A stretch of DNA of 64,000 nucleotides, from contig JBAWZW010000001.1 in the NCBI GenBank assembly GCA_037142835.1, positions 4,592-68,591 on the forward strand. The letters run 5' to 3'. Source of the stretch: Verrucomicrobiota bacterium. Lineage in GTDB: Bacteria; Verrucomicrobiota; Verrucomicrobiia; Chthoniobacterales; Chthoniobacteraceae. The notes under the pieces are model-generated. The model was not told the origin of the DNA, did no database searches, and saw only the letters and a list, made by a program, of their open reading frames with translations. The translations under genes were made by a program, and so were the position numbers. This document shows, piece after piece, positions 54,623 through 64,000 of the stretch. How positions within the stretch are numbered: position 1 is the stretch's first letter; each line of letters begins with the position of its first letter.

Positions 54623-55620
54623 CACCCCTTCCCTCCGCCAAACAAAATCTTCCCCGAACGCTCCCCGCACGCCGCTCGCTCCAAAGCCAATTTGACGTCC
54701 GCCAATGCATACACCCCCTCCACTGGTACCGCGATCACCCCACCGATCGACAGCCTAAAAATCTCCGCCAGCATTTCCCCAATCTCCCCTCGGCTGGCCT
54801 CTCCATACCACTTGGAAATCCAAAATCCCCGCCACCGAATATCCTTAAAAATCAGCAACCCATTGGGAATCCTCAACGGCTTCCTCCCCATCGCCCCATA
54901 GGTCACCACCGTCCCACTAGTCGCCAAAGCCGAAGCCATTCGCAACGCACTCTCCCCACCCACCGCGTTCAACGCCAGCCGCGCCGGCGCATCCCCCGTC
55001 GCCGCCACAATCTCCGCCGGGAGATTCTCCCCCTCCACTAAAACCACATCCGCCCCCAGCGCCTTTAACTCATCAATCAACTCCGCCCTTCGCACCACAT
55101 TGACCGTTCGTAAACCCGCCACCCGAGCCATCCCGATCACCGCCCGCCCCACCCCTGAATTTGCGGCATTCTGAATCACCCAATCGCCCGCCTTCAAATC
55201 CACAAAATCACGGAGCATCCGCAACGCCGTCGGCGGATTAATCCCTAACATCGACGCCTGCTCAGCCCCAATCCCCGCAGGTACCACCCAAAGCAAGTCA
55301 GCACTCACCACCCCAACCTCTCGCCACGTTCCATAGCCGAGTGGCAATAACACCATATCCCCAACCGCTATTCCCTCCACGTCCTCGGAAATCGCCTCCA
55401 CCCGCCCAACCCCTTCCACCCCAACCACCGCTGGCAATTTTGGCAATTTTCCATACTTGCCCTCGAGCACATTCAAATCCGCTGGGTTAATCGGCGCCGC
55501 CAACAATCGTACCAACACCTCGCCTTTTCCCATCTCCCGTTCTTCAATCTCTTCGCAGAAAGCCACTTCTGCAGGATTCCCATATTCACGAAAAATAATC
55601 GCCCTGCCTTTCATTTTCAT
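54622..55620 (-). CDS. MECR-like trans-2-enoyl thioester reductase (MDR superfamily)
   Basis: AAPINPADLN, GVEGVG, INPPTALRML, QNAANSGVG, TYGAMG and GFW. Start at 55620 or 55614. Confidence 0.85.
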   Translation of the reverse strand: MKMKGRAIIFREYGNPAEVAFCEEIEEREMGKGEVLVRLLAAPINPADLNVLEGKYGKLPKLPAVVGVEGVGRVEAISEDVEGIAVGDMVLLPLGYGTWREVGVVSADLLWVVPAGIGAEQASMLGINPPTALRMLRDFVDLKAGDWVIQNAANSGVGRAVIGMARVAGLRTVNVVRRAELIDELKALGADVVLVEGENLPAEIVAATGDAPARLALNAVGGESALRMASALATSGTVVTYGAMGRKPLRIPNGLLIFKDIRWRGFWISKWYGEASRGEIGEMLAEIFRLSIGGVIAVPVEGVYALADVKLALERAACGERSGKILFGGGKG

Positions 55621-55639
55621 CACATCATCGTCTCTCACC

Positions 55640-56605
55640 GTGACCGATCTCTCCAAGCCAATTATCCAACTCGACTCTCTCTCCACCCGACGCTCCCAAG
55701 CCTTTGGAATCGGATCCCGCCTCGCGCTCATTGGCGTCTCCGTCAACTTGCTCCTCGCCATCATCAAAATTGCCACCGGCATCCTCGGCCACTGCTACGC
55801 CCTCATCGCCGATGGCATCGAATCCACCCTAGATATTTTTAGCTCCCTCGCTATTTGGTTCGGACTAAAAGTCGCCGCCGAACCACCCGACGAAAGCCAC
55901 CCCTACGGCCACGGAAAAGCCGAACCCCTCGCCTCAGTCGCCGTGGCCCTCGCCATCATCGGTGCCTCCATCGCCCTCGCCTTCAAAAGTATCCAAGAAA
56001 TCAATACCCCCAGTCACCCACCAGCACTCTTCACCCTCGGCGTCCTCATCGTTGTCATCCTCGTCAAAGAAACCCTCTTCCACAAAGTCGCCCGCGCCGC
56101 CCAACAACTCGGCAGCGGCGCCGTCAAAACCGAGGCCTGGCATCACCGCTCCGACGCCATCACTTCCGCAGGCGCTTTCATCGGCATTTCCATCGCCATC
56201 TTTGCAGGTCCCGGCTGGGAAGCCGCAGACAAATGGTCCGCCCTTTTTACCTGCGCGATCATCGCCTTCAACGGATGGGGAGTCCTCGTTCCTGCCATCC
56301 AAGAAATCATGGATACCGCCCCACCCAAGGAAGTCATGGAAAGTGTTCGCCTCGTCGCCCTCCGCGTCCATGGCGTCATCAATGTCGAAAAATGCCGGCT
56401 ACGCAAAATGGGTGCCGATTTCTATGCGGATATTCACATCGGCGTCGACGCCGAACTCTCTGTCCGCGAAGGACATCGCATCAGCCACGATGTCAAAGAC
56501 GCCATCCGCCATGCCAATCCCGCAATGGCAGACGTCCTCGTTCACATCGAACCCATCGAGCCTTTCACCGAACCGAGTCATCCCCAGCCGCCCGAAGCCG
56601 ATTGA
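55640..56605 (+). CDS. Cation diffusion facilitator (FieF-like)
   Basis: ALIADGIES, HPYGHGKAE, AWHHRSDA and DVLVHIEP. Start uncertain. Confidence 0.92.
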   Translation: MTDLSKPIIQLDSLSTRRSQAFGIGSRLALIGVSVNLLLAIIKIATGILGHCYALIADGIESTLDIFSSLAIWFGLKVAAEPPDESHPYGHGKAEPLASVAVALAIIGASIALAFKSIQEINTPSHPPALFTLGVLIVVILVKETLFHKVARAAQQLGSGAVKTEAWHHRSDAITSAGAFIGISIAIFAGPGWEAADKWSALFTCAIIAFNGWGVLVPAIQEIMDTAPPKEVMESVRLVALRVHGVINVEKCRLRKMGADFYADIHIGVDAELSVREGHRISHDVKDAIRHANPAMADVLVHIEPIEPFTEPSHPQPPEAD

Positions 56606-57035
56606 TCAAAACCTTCGAGGCACTCTTCATCCGCGTCAGAATGTAATAGACCGTTTGAGAACGAATCCGCACCAACTGCCCCCCGACAATCTTCGGCACA
56701 AAATCCGCAGGCAAATCCATGACTTCGGCAAGTCGGATCCCCTCTAATCCCTTGCACAAAATCGAGGTCATCGCCTTCGTCAAAGTCTGAACCTGTGGCC
56801 CAAGGGTGACCCGAAAATGCACCCGACTCTCCTCATCCAGTCGCAAAAATACCCCAACGGTATCCGTGCACTCCTCGTCCTTCCGAACATCCTCAACCGT
56901 AAAAGTTTCCCCCTCCTTTGGCTCGTGCTTCTTCGATTGCTCAGAATAAGCAACCAAATTTTCCCGCTTCTCTTCCTCAGAAAGCGACTCAAAAAGGGCA
57001 ATGATCGCCGCAAGTTTTGGTGGATACTCAGACAT
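56565..57035 (-). CDS. SufE-family sulfur acceptor
   Basis: VRKDEECTDTV (Cys), TKAMTSIL and VRIRSQT; directly after the rhodanese gene. Confidence 0.75.
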   Translation of the reverse strand: MSEYPPKLAAIIALFESLSEEEKRENLVAYSEQSKKHEPKEGETFTVEDVRKDEECTDTVGVFLRLDEESRVHFRVTLGPQVQTLTKAMTSILCKGLEGIRLAEVMDLPADFVPKIVGGQLVRIRSQTVYYILTRMKSASKVLINRLRAAGDDSVR

Positions 57036-57063
57036 AGGGACCCTCAAAAAACTTCGCCCCTGA

Positions 57064-57927
57064 CTAACTCCGCTCAATCGGCGCCCTCACCTTGTTGCCC
57101 CATTCCGTCCACGATCCATCATAATTCCGCACTTTTTCATAGCCGAGCAGATAGGTGAGCACAAACCACGTATGACTGGATCGCTCTCCAATCCGACAGT
57201 AAGCGATGATCTCCTCGTCAGGTCGGAGCGCGCAACCCACCACGTAAATTTCCCGCAATTCCCCCGCCGTTTTAAAAGTTCCGTCTTCTTTTACCGCAGT
57301 TTTCCACGGGACACTCTTCGCCCGAGGAATGTGGCCCCCACGCAAAACACCCTCCTGCGGATACTCCGGCATGTGCGTGATCTCCCCGCTAAATTCACCA
57401 GGCGACCGGACGTCAATCAATGGGCGACTTTCCGCACTCTGCTTTAACGCATCCTCATAAAATGCCCGAATGTCATCGTCATAACGCTTCGCTGGCACCG
57501 GATAGTTCACCGCAGAAAAGGCGGGTTTTTCCTTCGTCAATCCTCGGCCTTCTTTGACCCACTTATCTCGCCCTCCATCAAGAATCTTCACCTTCCCATG
57601 CCCAAAAAGACGGAACGCCCAAAGTGCGTAACACGCCCACCAGTTCGACTTATCCCCGTAAAAAATCACCGTGGTCTCAGGGCCAATACCGTGCCGAGCA
57701 CAAAGCGCCGCAAATCCTTCTGGCGCAATGTAATCCCGCACCAATTCATCCTGCAAATCTTCCCGCCAATCAATCTGCACAGCGCCAGAAATATGCCCAC
57801 TGTCGTAGAGCAAAATATCTTCATTGCTCTCCACAATTCGCATATTCGGTTCATCCAAATGTTCCGCAAGCCACTCCGTACTCACTAAGGCGTCGGGGTG
57901 GGCGTAGGCAGCAGTTTGTTCGGTCAT
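57064..57927 (-). CDS. Tandem-domain thiosulfate sulfurtransferase (SseA/CysA type)
   Basis: [32 protein letters not shown] and [10 protein letters not shown]. Confidence 0.93.
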   Translation of the reverse strand: MTEQTAAYAHPDALVSTEWLAEHLDEPNMRIVESNEDILLYDSGHISGAVQIDWREDLQDELVRDYIAPEGFAALCARHGIGPETTVIFYGDKSNWWACYALWAFRLFGHGKVKILDGGRDKWVKEGRGLTKEKPAFSAVNYPVPAKRYDDDIRAFYEDALKQSAESRPLIDVRSPGEFSGEITHMPEYPQEGVLRGGHIPRAKSVPWKTAVKEDGTFKTAGELREIYVVGCALRPDEEIIAYCRIGERSSHTWFVLTYLLGYEKVRNYDGSWTEWGNKVRAPIERS

Positions 57928-57978
57928 AAATGTAATCTTAGGGCAGCACGCATCGAGTCTCAAGTGGCGATTCTAACC

Positions 57979-58464
57979 TCACCCCTTCAGCGGCTTGATG
58001 GTTTTTTGCCCCGCCCAAATCGAAGAAAAAAGAAAACAGCCCGTCGCCATAAAAATCGCACTATCCGCCACATTAAACGCTGGCCACGGATCCGCAAAAC
58101 GCACGTGCAAATCCACCAAGAGGAAGTCCACCACATGGTGAAATCGCAACCGATCCGTTAGATTGCCCATAATCCCCGCCACTAAAAGTCCCACCCCAAT
58201 TCGCGAAAGTAGATCGCTGAAATAGCCACAAAAATACCCCACAAGCAGCCCAACCAGCGTGACCGCAGAAAGCCCCACAAAAAACCAATTATTCCCCGAT
58301 CCAATACTAAAAGCCGCACCCGTATTCTCCCAATGACACAGGGAAAAAAAACCGTCAATGATTGACCATGGTTCACCGTATGGAGGGAGGTGATTCACCA
58401 CCCACTGCTTGCTCCATTGATCGAGTACGAAAAGCGGAACGGCGATCGCCAAAAGAAGTTTCAT
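57979..58464 (-). CDS. lspA: Lipoprotein signal peptidase II
   Basis: LDQWSK, NTGAAFS, GNLTDR, VVDF and FNVADS. Confidence 0.95.
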   Translation of the reverse strand: MKLLLAIAVPLFVLDQWSKQWVVNHLPPYGEPWSIIDGFFSLCHWENTGAAFSIGSGNNWFFVGLSAVTLVGLLVGYFCGYFSDLLSRIGVGLLVAGIMGNLTDRLRFHHVVDFLLVDLHVRFADPWPAFNVADSAIFMATGCFLFSSIWAGQKTIKPLKG

Positions 58465-58490
58465 CGCGCTTTTAAAATCCCAGTCCCCAC

Positions 58491-61229
58491 TCAATTACCA
58501 ATCACCGCGTCCACCACCTCAGCACACCGACCACACAGATCGGCGTGCGACACACTCACCCCCACATTCGCCCGATGCCGCCAACAACGCGCACACTTGC
58601 GATGTGCAGAAGGCACAATCTCCGCCTTCACTTCCGGCCCTGCCACCAAACGGAGCTCGCTAAGAATAAAGAACTCTTCCAACTCCGCCTCTTGCCCACG
58701 CAAGCTACTCAACAACTCCTCGTCCGATAACCCCAGAGTAACCGCCCCCTCCAGAGCGTTGCCAATCTGCTTCGCCTGTCGCCCCGCCTCCACCGCCTGC
58801 GCAATCACCGCACGCAAACTAAGTAACTTCTCCACTCGCGCTTCCAAATCCTCATCCAATAATCCCGGATCAGCCTCCGGAAAAATTTCCAGATGCACAG
58901 AACCCTGACCCCGGAAAAACTCCCAAGCCTCATCCGCAGTGTAAACCAAGATCGGTGCCAGTAAGCGCGTCAATCCATCCAAAACTCGCGCCATTACCGC
59001 CTGCGTCGCCCTCCGCCGAGGCGATGCCGCCCCATCGCAATACATCCGGTCCTTCGTCATATCCACATAAAGAGCACTAATCTCCACCGCCACAAACTGG
59101 TTCAATGTCTGGAAAACTCGGCGGAAATCGTACCCCGCATAAGCCTCCCGACAAGTCGTCGTCACCGTTTGCAACCGCGAAAGCACCCACCGATCAACCA
59201 TCGTCGCCCCCTCAAAGGAACTTTTCGCCAAATCGAAATCGGCCAAATTCGCCAAAAGAATCCTCAAAATATTCCGAAAACTTCGGTACGACTCCGCGAG
59301 GCCTTTAAAGCTCTCCTCAGAAAACGGCACCTCATTCTGGTAATCCACGCTCGCCGCCCACAAACGCACAATGTCCGCACCATAAGTCCCCACAAAATGC
59401 TCGGCGTTCATCGGCTTCGCATAGGTCCCCTGCTCCGATTTCGATACTTTTTTCCGCGTATCCTTATCCACAACAAATCCATGGGTGATCACCGACCGAT
59501 AGGGTGCCCGCCCCCACATCGCGATGCTGGTCATCATCGAGGACTGAAACCAACCACGATGCTGATCCGTCGCCTCTAGATAAAGATCCGCCGGACGATC
59601 TGCCCCGCCTAACTCTGGCCGCTTCCCGACCACCGCTGTATGCGATACTCCAGAGTCAATCCACACATCCAAGGTGTCGTTTCTCCGTGTCGTCCCCTTC
59701 GGCAAGTCGAGCATCTCTGCCCACTCCTCATCGCTCTTTTCAAACCACAAATTGGTCCCGTGTAACTCCACCAAGTCCGCCACCCGACGCGCGATCATCG
59801 CGTCAAGCAAGACCTTGCCCTCGGCGTCGTAAAATACCGGCAAGGGCACCCCCCAAGTCCGTTGTCGCGAAATACACCAATCAGGGCGGGACTCCACCGT
59901 TCCATAAATCCGATTCCGTCCCCAGTGCGGCAACCACGTCACCCCGTCAATCGCCGCCAACGCCTCCTCGCGGATCGCTTCAATTTTAATAAAAAACTGT
60001 TCCACCGAACGAAAAACAATCGGCGTCTTCGACCTCCAACAGTGCGGATAATCGTGCCGATATTCCGCATTCAACCCCAGCAAGACGCCTCGCGTCCGGA
60101 GCATCTCCACAATCAGTGGGTTCGCCTTAAATATATACTGCCCAGTTAGTTCTGGAACCCCAGCGTCCTCCGTTAAACACCCACGATCATCAACAGGAGA
60201 CAAAATCGGCAACCCATTCTGACGCCCAGCGAGGTAATCGTCCGCTCCGTGCCCCGGCGCAATATGCACCTGTCCAGTCCCCGTATCCATGGTGACAAAT
60301 TCCGCCGTAATCACTTTCGATCGCCGGTCTAAAAATGGATGCTCCGCTTCCATCCCCGCCAACGCATCGCCTTTCAATCCCTGAACCTCCGCAATCAGTT
60401 CCAACCCCGTCTCCGCAATAAAAGACTCCACCAATGCACGCGCCACAATCACGTCCTCCTCCACCCCATTCCGCCGCACTTTCAAAATCAAATAATCCTC
60501 TCGCGGATGAACAGCCACCGCCACATTCGCCGGGAGGGTCCATGGAGTCGTCGTCCAAATCACCAAACTCGCTTGCCCAGCGAGCGATCCAGTCACCAAC
60601 GGAAATTTGACGTAAATCGCCGAATCAACCCGCTCCGCGTATTCCACCTCCGCTTCAGCCAAAGCCGTCTGCGCACCGGTACTCCAGGAAACTGGCTTCA
60701 TCGATTGGTAAACTAATCCCTTCTCCACAAAGGTCGCAAATGCCCGCAACACTTCCGCCTCGTAGCTAGGGTCTAAGGTCAAATAAGGATTTTGCCAGTC
60801 GCCCAAAACGCCTAACCGCTGGAATTGCTCCCGCTGGATTCCGACAAATTTTCGCGCATACTCCTCACTCTTCCGACGAATCTCCACCGGCGAAAGTCCT
60901 CGGGACTCTTTAACCACTTTAAATTCAATCGGTAATCCGTGGCAGTCCCACCCAGGAATAAACGGTGCCCGAAACCCCGCCATGGTTTTCGATTTTACGA
61001 CTAAATCCTTGAGCACCTTATTCAAAGCCGTCCCCATGTGGACATCTCCATTGGCAAAGGGTGGCCCGTCATGAACGACAAAAAGTTCCGCATCCTTTCT
61101 CGCCACTTGGATCTGCTCATAAAGCCCATCGGCCCTCCACTTCGCCAACCGCTCAGGCTCACGCTTCACCAAGTCTGCTTTCATCGGAAATTCCGTCTTC
61201 GGCAGGAGGAGTGTATCTTTGTAGTTCAT
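58491..61229 (-). CDS. ileS: Isoleucyl-tRNA synthetase (type 1)
   Basis: DGPPFANG, GWDCHGLPIE, WTTTPWT, DWCISRQR, EATDQHRGWF, KVSKS and C-terminal CARC...CGRC zinc finger. Confidence 0.97.
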   Translation of the reverse strand: MNYKDTLLLPKTEFPMKADLVKREPERLAKWRADGLYEQIQVARKDAELFVVHDGPPFANGDVHMGTALNKVLKDLVVKSKTMAGFRAPFIPGWDCHGLPIEFKVVKESRGLSPVEIRRKSEEYARKFVGIQREQFQRLGVLGDWQNPYLTLDPSYEAEVLRAFATFVEKGLVYQSMKPVSWSTGAQTALAEAEVEYAERVDSAIYVKFPLVTGSLAGQASLVIWTTTPWTLPANVAVAVHPREDYLILKVRRNGVEEDVIVARALVESFIAETGLELIAEVQGLKGDALAGMEAEHPFLDRRSKVITAEFVTMDTGTGQVHIAPGHGADDYLAGRQNGLPILSPVDDRGCLTEDAGVPELTGQYIFKANPLIVEMLRTRGVLLGLNAEYRHDYPHCWRSKTPIVFRSVEQFFIKIEAIREEALAAIDGVTWLPHWGRNRIYGTVESRPDWCISRQRTWGVPLPVFYDAEGKVLLDAMIARRVADLVELHGTNLWFEKSDEEWAEMLDLPKGTTRRNDTLDVWIDSGVSHTAVVGKRPELGGADRPADLYLEATDQHRGWFQSSMMTSIAMWGRAPYRSVITHGFVVDKDTRKKVSKSEQGTYAKPMNAEHFVGTYGADIVRLWAASVDYQNEVPFSEESFKGLAESYRSFRNILRILLANLADFDLAKSSFEGATMVDRWVLSRLQTVTTTCREAYAGYDFRRVFQTLNQFVAVEISALYVDMTKDRMYCDGAASPRRRATQAVMARVLDGLTRLLAPILVYTADEAWEFFRGQGSVHLEIFPEADPGLLDEDLEARVEKLLSLRAVIAQAVEAGRQAKQIGNALEGAVTLGLSDEELLSSLRGQEAELEEFFILSELRLVAGPEVKAEIVPSAHRKCARCWRHRANVGVSVSHADLCGRCAEVVDAVIGN

Positions 61230-61368
61230 CGAGTTCGTTTATAAAGAACGGCCACGCTAACCACTCAGCAACCGCTGGTCAAACTTCCCAGAAATCCCCC
61301 CGATCCTTCCCGCCGAAATCCTTGCCGTCTGCCCATGTTCTCTTTTAGTCTAATCACTTCACTTCATC

Positions 61369-61442
61369 GCACTCGTAGCTCAATTGGATAGAGCATCGGT
61401 CTTCGAAACCGAGGGTTGTGGGTTCAAGCCCCGCCGAGTGCA
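61369..61442 (+). tRNA. tRNA-Arg(TCG)
   Basis: GCACTCG TAGCTCAATTGGATAGAGC A TCGGT CTTCGAA ACCGA GGGTT GTGGG TTCAAGC CCCGC CGAGTGC A. Confidence 0.95.
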
Positions 61443-61525
61443 CCCCCCTAAAATCCCCCCTCGGCCCCACGCCGTTCCAACATGTCCAGTTGATCCTTCC
61501 TCTGAACGCTCTAATCTCTCCACTC

Positions 61526-62650
61526 ATGAATGTCCTCTCCCGTGACCTCACCCGCATCGTTCTCGCCATCCTTGCGCTCGGCGCAATGCTCTTCTTTTCA
61601 TCTTGGATTGTTCGCCCATTCGTTCCCGCAACTATCTGGGCCGCAACGATCGCTTCCGCCACTTGGCCCGCCTTGCGCCTCATCCAAAAACGCTCCTGGG
61701 GCAAACGATGGATCGCTGTCCTCATCATGAGTTCTGCCCTCTTCCTGCTTTTTCTCATCCCTCTGTCCGTGATCATCCGCACAATCGTCCACCACGAGCA
61801 CGATATCTCAGGATGGGCAAAAACCGCCACCAGCTACCGCTTAGCCCCGCCGCCAGATTGGGTGAAAAGCCTTCCCCTCGTTGGAGACACCGCCGCTCGC
61901 CAATGGATCCGCTTTGCTCACGAAGACTCCGCTGATCTTCAGGCCATGCTCACTTCCCACTCCAGTACCTTAGTCACTTGGTTCGTCAGCGAAGTCGGCG
62001 CTCTCAGCGTCGTCACCTCCCAGCTTTTACTCACTCTCGGCATCACCGTGATCTTTTACGCCACAGGCGAAAGAGCCGCCCTCGGTACCCGCCTCTTTCT
62101 CACTCGCCTCGCCGGCGAACGGGGAAACGATGTCATCAGCCTGATGGCGCGCGCCATTCGGGGAGTCATTCTCGGAACCATCGTCGCTGGCCTGATCGTC
62201 GCCATCGTCAGCGGCGTCGGCCTTTTCCTCACCGGTGTTCCACAGGCGCTCCTCCTCACCGCTGTCATGTTCCTCCTCTACCTCATTCAAATCGGCACCA
62301 CTCCAGTCCTCGGTATCGCCACGATCTGGCTCTATGCCAGCGGACACACCACCGCTGGAACGATTCTCCTCATCTGGACGGTCTTCATCGTGGCCTTTGA
62401 TCAAGTCCTCCGCGCCATCCTCATGAAAATGGGCGCCGATCTCCCCATCGCCCTCATCTTCATCGGTGTCGTCGGCGGAATGGCCGCCTTTGGCCTCGTC
62501 GGAATTTTCGTCGGCCCAGTCATTCTCGCCGTAAGTTACACCCTCCTCGAAGCTTGGGTTCGCGAAGGATTACTCGAACCCCCAAAAATCTCCGCCACCA
62601 TCGATCCCGCCCCTCCCGCGATTGAGGAAAATCCCCACACCCCAATCTAG
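61526..62650 (+). CDS. AI-2E family transporter (YdiK-like)
   Basis: RPFVPATIWAATIASATWP, IRGVILG, FDQVLR and FIGVVGGMAAFGLVGIFVGPV. Confidence 0.9.
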   Translation: MNVLSRDLTRIVLAILALGAMLFFSSWIVRPFVPATIWAATIASATWPALRLIQKRSWGKRWIAVLIMSSALFLLFLIPLSVIIRTIVHHEHDISGWAKTATSYRLAPPPDWVKSLPLVGDTAARQWIRFAHEDSADLQAMLTSHSSTLVTWFVSEVGALSVVTSQLLLTLGITVIFYATGERAALGTRLFLTRLAGERGNDVISLMARAIRGVILGTIVAGLIVAIVSGVGLFLTGVPQALLLTAVMFLLYLIQIGTTPVLGIATIWLYASGHTTAGTILLIWTVFIVAFDQVLRAILMKMGADLPIALIFIGVVGGMAAFGLVGIFVGPVILAVSYTLLEAWVREGLLEPPKISATIDPAPPAIEENPHTPI

Positions 62651-62686
62651 CCCTCACTCATCCCATCACCCAGCCCACAAAAATCC

Positions 62687-63850
62687 TCATCCGCTCGTCT
62701 TCAATATCGACCCCAGAATCGTCAAGCCCTCCACCAACTCCGCCTCACTGACCTTCGCACAGTTTAAACGAAGAAACGTTTTCCCCGGCGACTTCACAAA
62801 AAACACCTCTCCCCCACCAAAAACAACCCGCGCTTGCGCCGCCTTGATTCGCAACCACTCAAGGTCTACCACTCGAGGAAGTTCCACCCAAAGCATGTAA
62901 CCTCCACGCGGGGGAGTTACCCGAATCCCCGCAGGAAAAGTGGCCGCCATCACCGCCAACGCCAATCCCCGGCGAGCCATATACCCCGCCCGCAATCGTT
63001 CCAGATGAGGATCAAATCCCCCCGCCTCCAAAAACTCCCGCAAGATCACCTCCGTGGGCACCGCACTATGCAAATCCTGCTGACACTTCCTCGCCGCATA
63101 CTCCTCATGCAACGTTCCAGGCACACAAAATCCCACCCGTAAACCAGGCGCAACCGTCTTCGAAAAACTCGTCACATAACTGACCACCGATCCGTCATCC
63201 CACGACAGAAAACTCCGTGGCACGACCCCATCCACGAGCTCCCCATAAATATCGTCCTCGATTAATCTCACCCCATGTTCCCGACAAATCCCCACCAATC
63301 GCTCTCGATCCCCATTCTCAATCGTCGCTCCCGACGGATTAGAAAGTGCCCCACAAACAATCAAACAGCGCGGCTTCCACTCAGCCAATAACTCCGCCGC
63401 CGCATCCAAATCTATCCCCTCCGCCGATCTCACCTCCAATGGCAAAACCCGAACACCAGCCACACTCAGAAGCTCCAACAAACCATAATAAGCGGGCGAT
63501 TCCACCGCCACGACATCCCCCGGCTGCACCAATATCGAGAGCAAAATCTGCAGCCCTTGCGTGCACCCAGTGACCGTGACAATCCCCGAACCACTCACGC
63601 CAGCTCCACGCGCCTGGATTCGCGATGCCAATAAATCCCGAAGCCGCGGATCTCCCTCAGGGTGATGGTAGCCATACATCCGTGCCCCGTCGCGCTCCCA
63701 CCCACGCTCCATGGCCGCCCGCAGTCCCTCGACTGGCAACCCATCGAGACTCGGCACCCCCGCCGCCAGATTGATTAACCCTCCTTGATCCGCTTGCCGC
63801 ATAAAGTCGATCAACCGACCCTTTGCCTGAAATAATTGGGGCTCAATCAT
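62687..63850 (-). CDS. Class I PLP aminotransferase (MocR/ARO8-like, no HTH)
   Basis: INLAAGVP, VESPAY, SNPSG, IEDDIYGEL and SFSKTVAPGLRVG. Confidence 0.9.
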   Translation of the reverse strand: MIEPQLFQAKGRLIDFMRQADQGGLINLAAGVPSLDGLPVEGLRAAMERGWERDGARMYGYHHPEGDPRLRDLLASRIQARGAGVSGSGIVTVTGCTQGLQILLSILVQPGDVVAVESPAYYGLLELLSVAGVRVLPLEVRSAEGIDLDAAAELLAEWKPRCLIVCGALSNPSGATIENGDRERLVGICREHGVRLIEDDIYGELVDGVVPRSFLSWDDGSVVSYVTSFSKTVAPGLRVGFCVPGTLHEEYAARKCQQDLHSAVPTEVILREFLEAGGFDPHLERLRAGYMARRGLALAVMAATFPAGIRVTPPRGGYMLWVELPRVVDLEWLRIKAAQARVVFGGGEVFFVKSPGKTFLRLNCAKVSEAELVEGLTILGSILKTSG

Positions 63851-64000
63851 TAAAAAATTCGCACAAATTCACGAAGAAATTGCACCCAAAGAAAAAACAA
63901 TCCTCGCCAAGAATAGCGAACCTCTCCCGCGAGATTCTTGCGGAGAATCCCGGTGGTTAAATTGAAATTCACCTGATCACGCAAATCACCCTCAATGGCT

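Noticed and set aside
61354-61525. ORF 61354-61830 (-) and the N-terminal extension of the AI-2E ORF from 61418
   Set aside because: Both overlap tRNA-Arg; ATG 61526 gives a normal YdiK-like start.
1-64000. Many long antisense or alternate-frame ORFs in the track (e.g. 1945-2844, 4859-5053, 52808-53794, 55855-56747, 59504-59989)
   Set aside because: They overlap confidently identified genes and are Pro/Ser/Arg-rich shadows produced by the C-rich strand; no family motifs.

Overview
Compact housekeeping region, most consistent with a Verrucomicrobia-type (Chthoniobacterales-like) bacterium. That assignment is an inference from the TGTTC-N4-GAACA LexA box, the AFTLIELL prepilin-like protein, futalosine-pathway MqnD and overall protein style. 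I found about 55 CDS, tRNA-Leu(GAG), tRNA-Arg(TCG), RNase P RNA and a SAM-I riboswitch, and no transposase, integrase or CRISPR array. Four items stand out. (1) A two-gene signalling module at 13.3-19.0 kb: a complete APC amino-acid permease fused to a HAMP-HisKA_2 kinase, upstream of a REC-4xPAS-HisKA-REC hybrid kinase with a Cys-retaining LOV-like PAS and a FixL-like heme PAS. This could integrate amino-acid, light and O2 signals. (2) A SAM-I-controlled operon of a ThrC-like PLP enzyme, a ThiS/MoaD sulfur carrier and a stand-alone NIL protein. It resembles the MetM/MetO phosphohomoserine route to homocysteine plus an extra component. (3) A putative SOS unit: lexA, an unannotated 43-aa membrane peptide and a 5'-3' exonuclease, the last two ending in beta-clamp-like motifs. 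(4) Several envelope pseudo-enzymes (YkuD-like, S41-like, ComEC MBL domain) with substituted catalytic residues. All family calls come from motif recognition by eye; no database searches were run.
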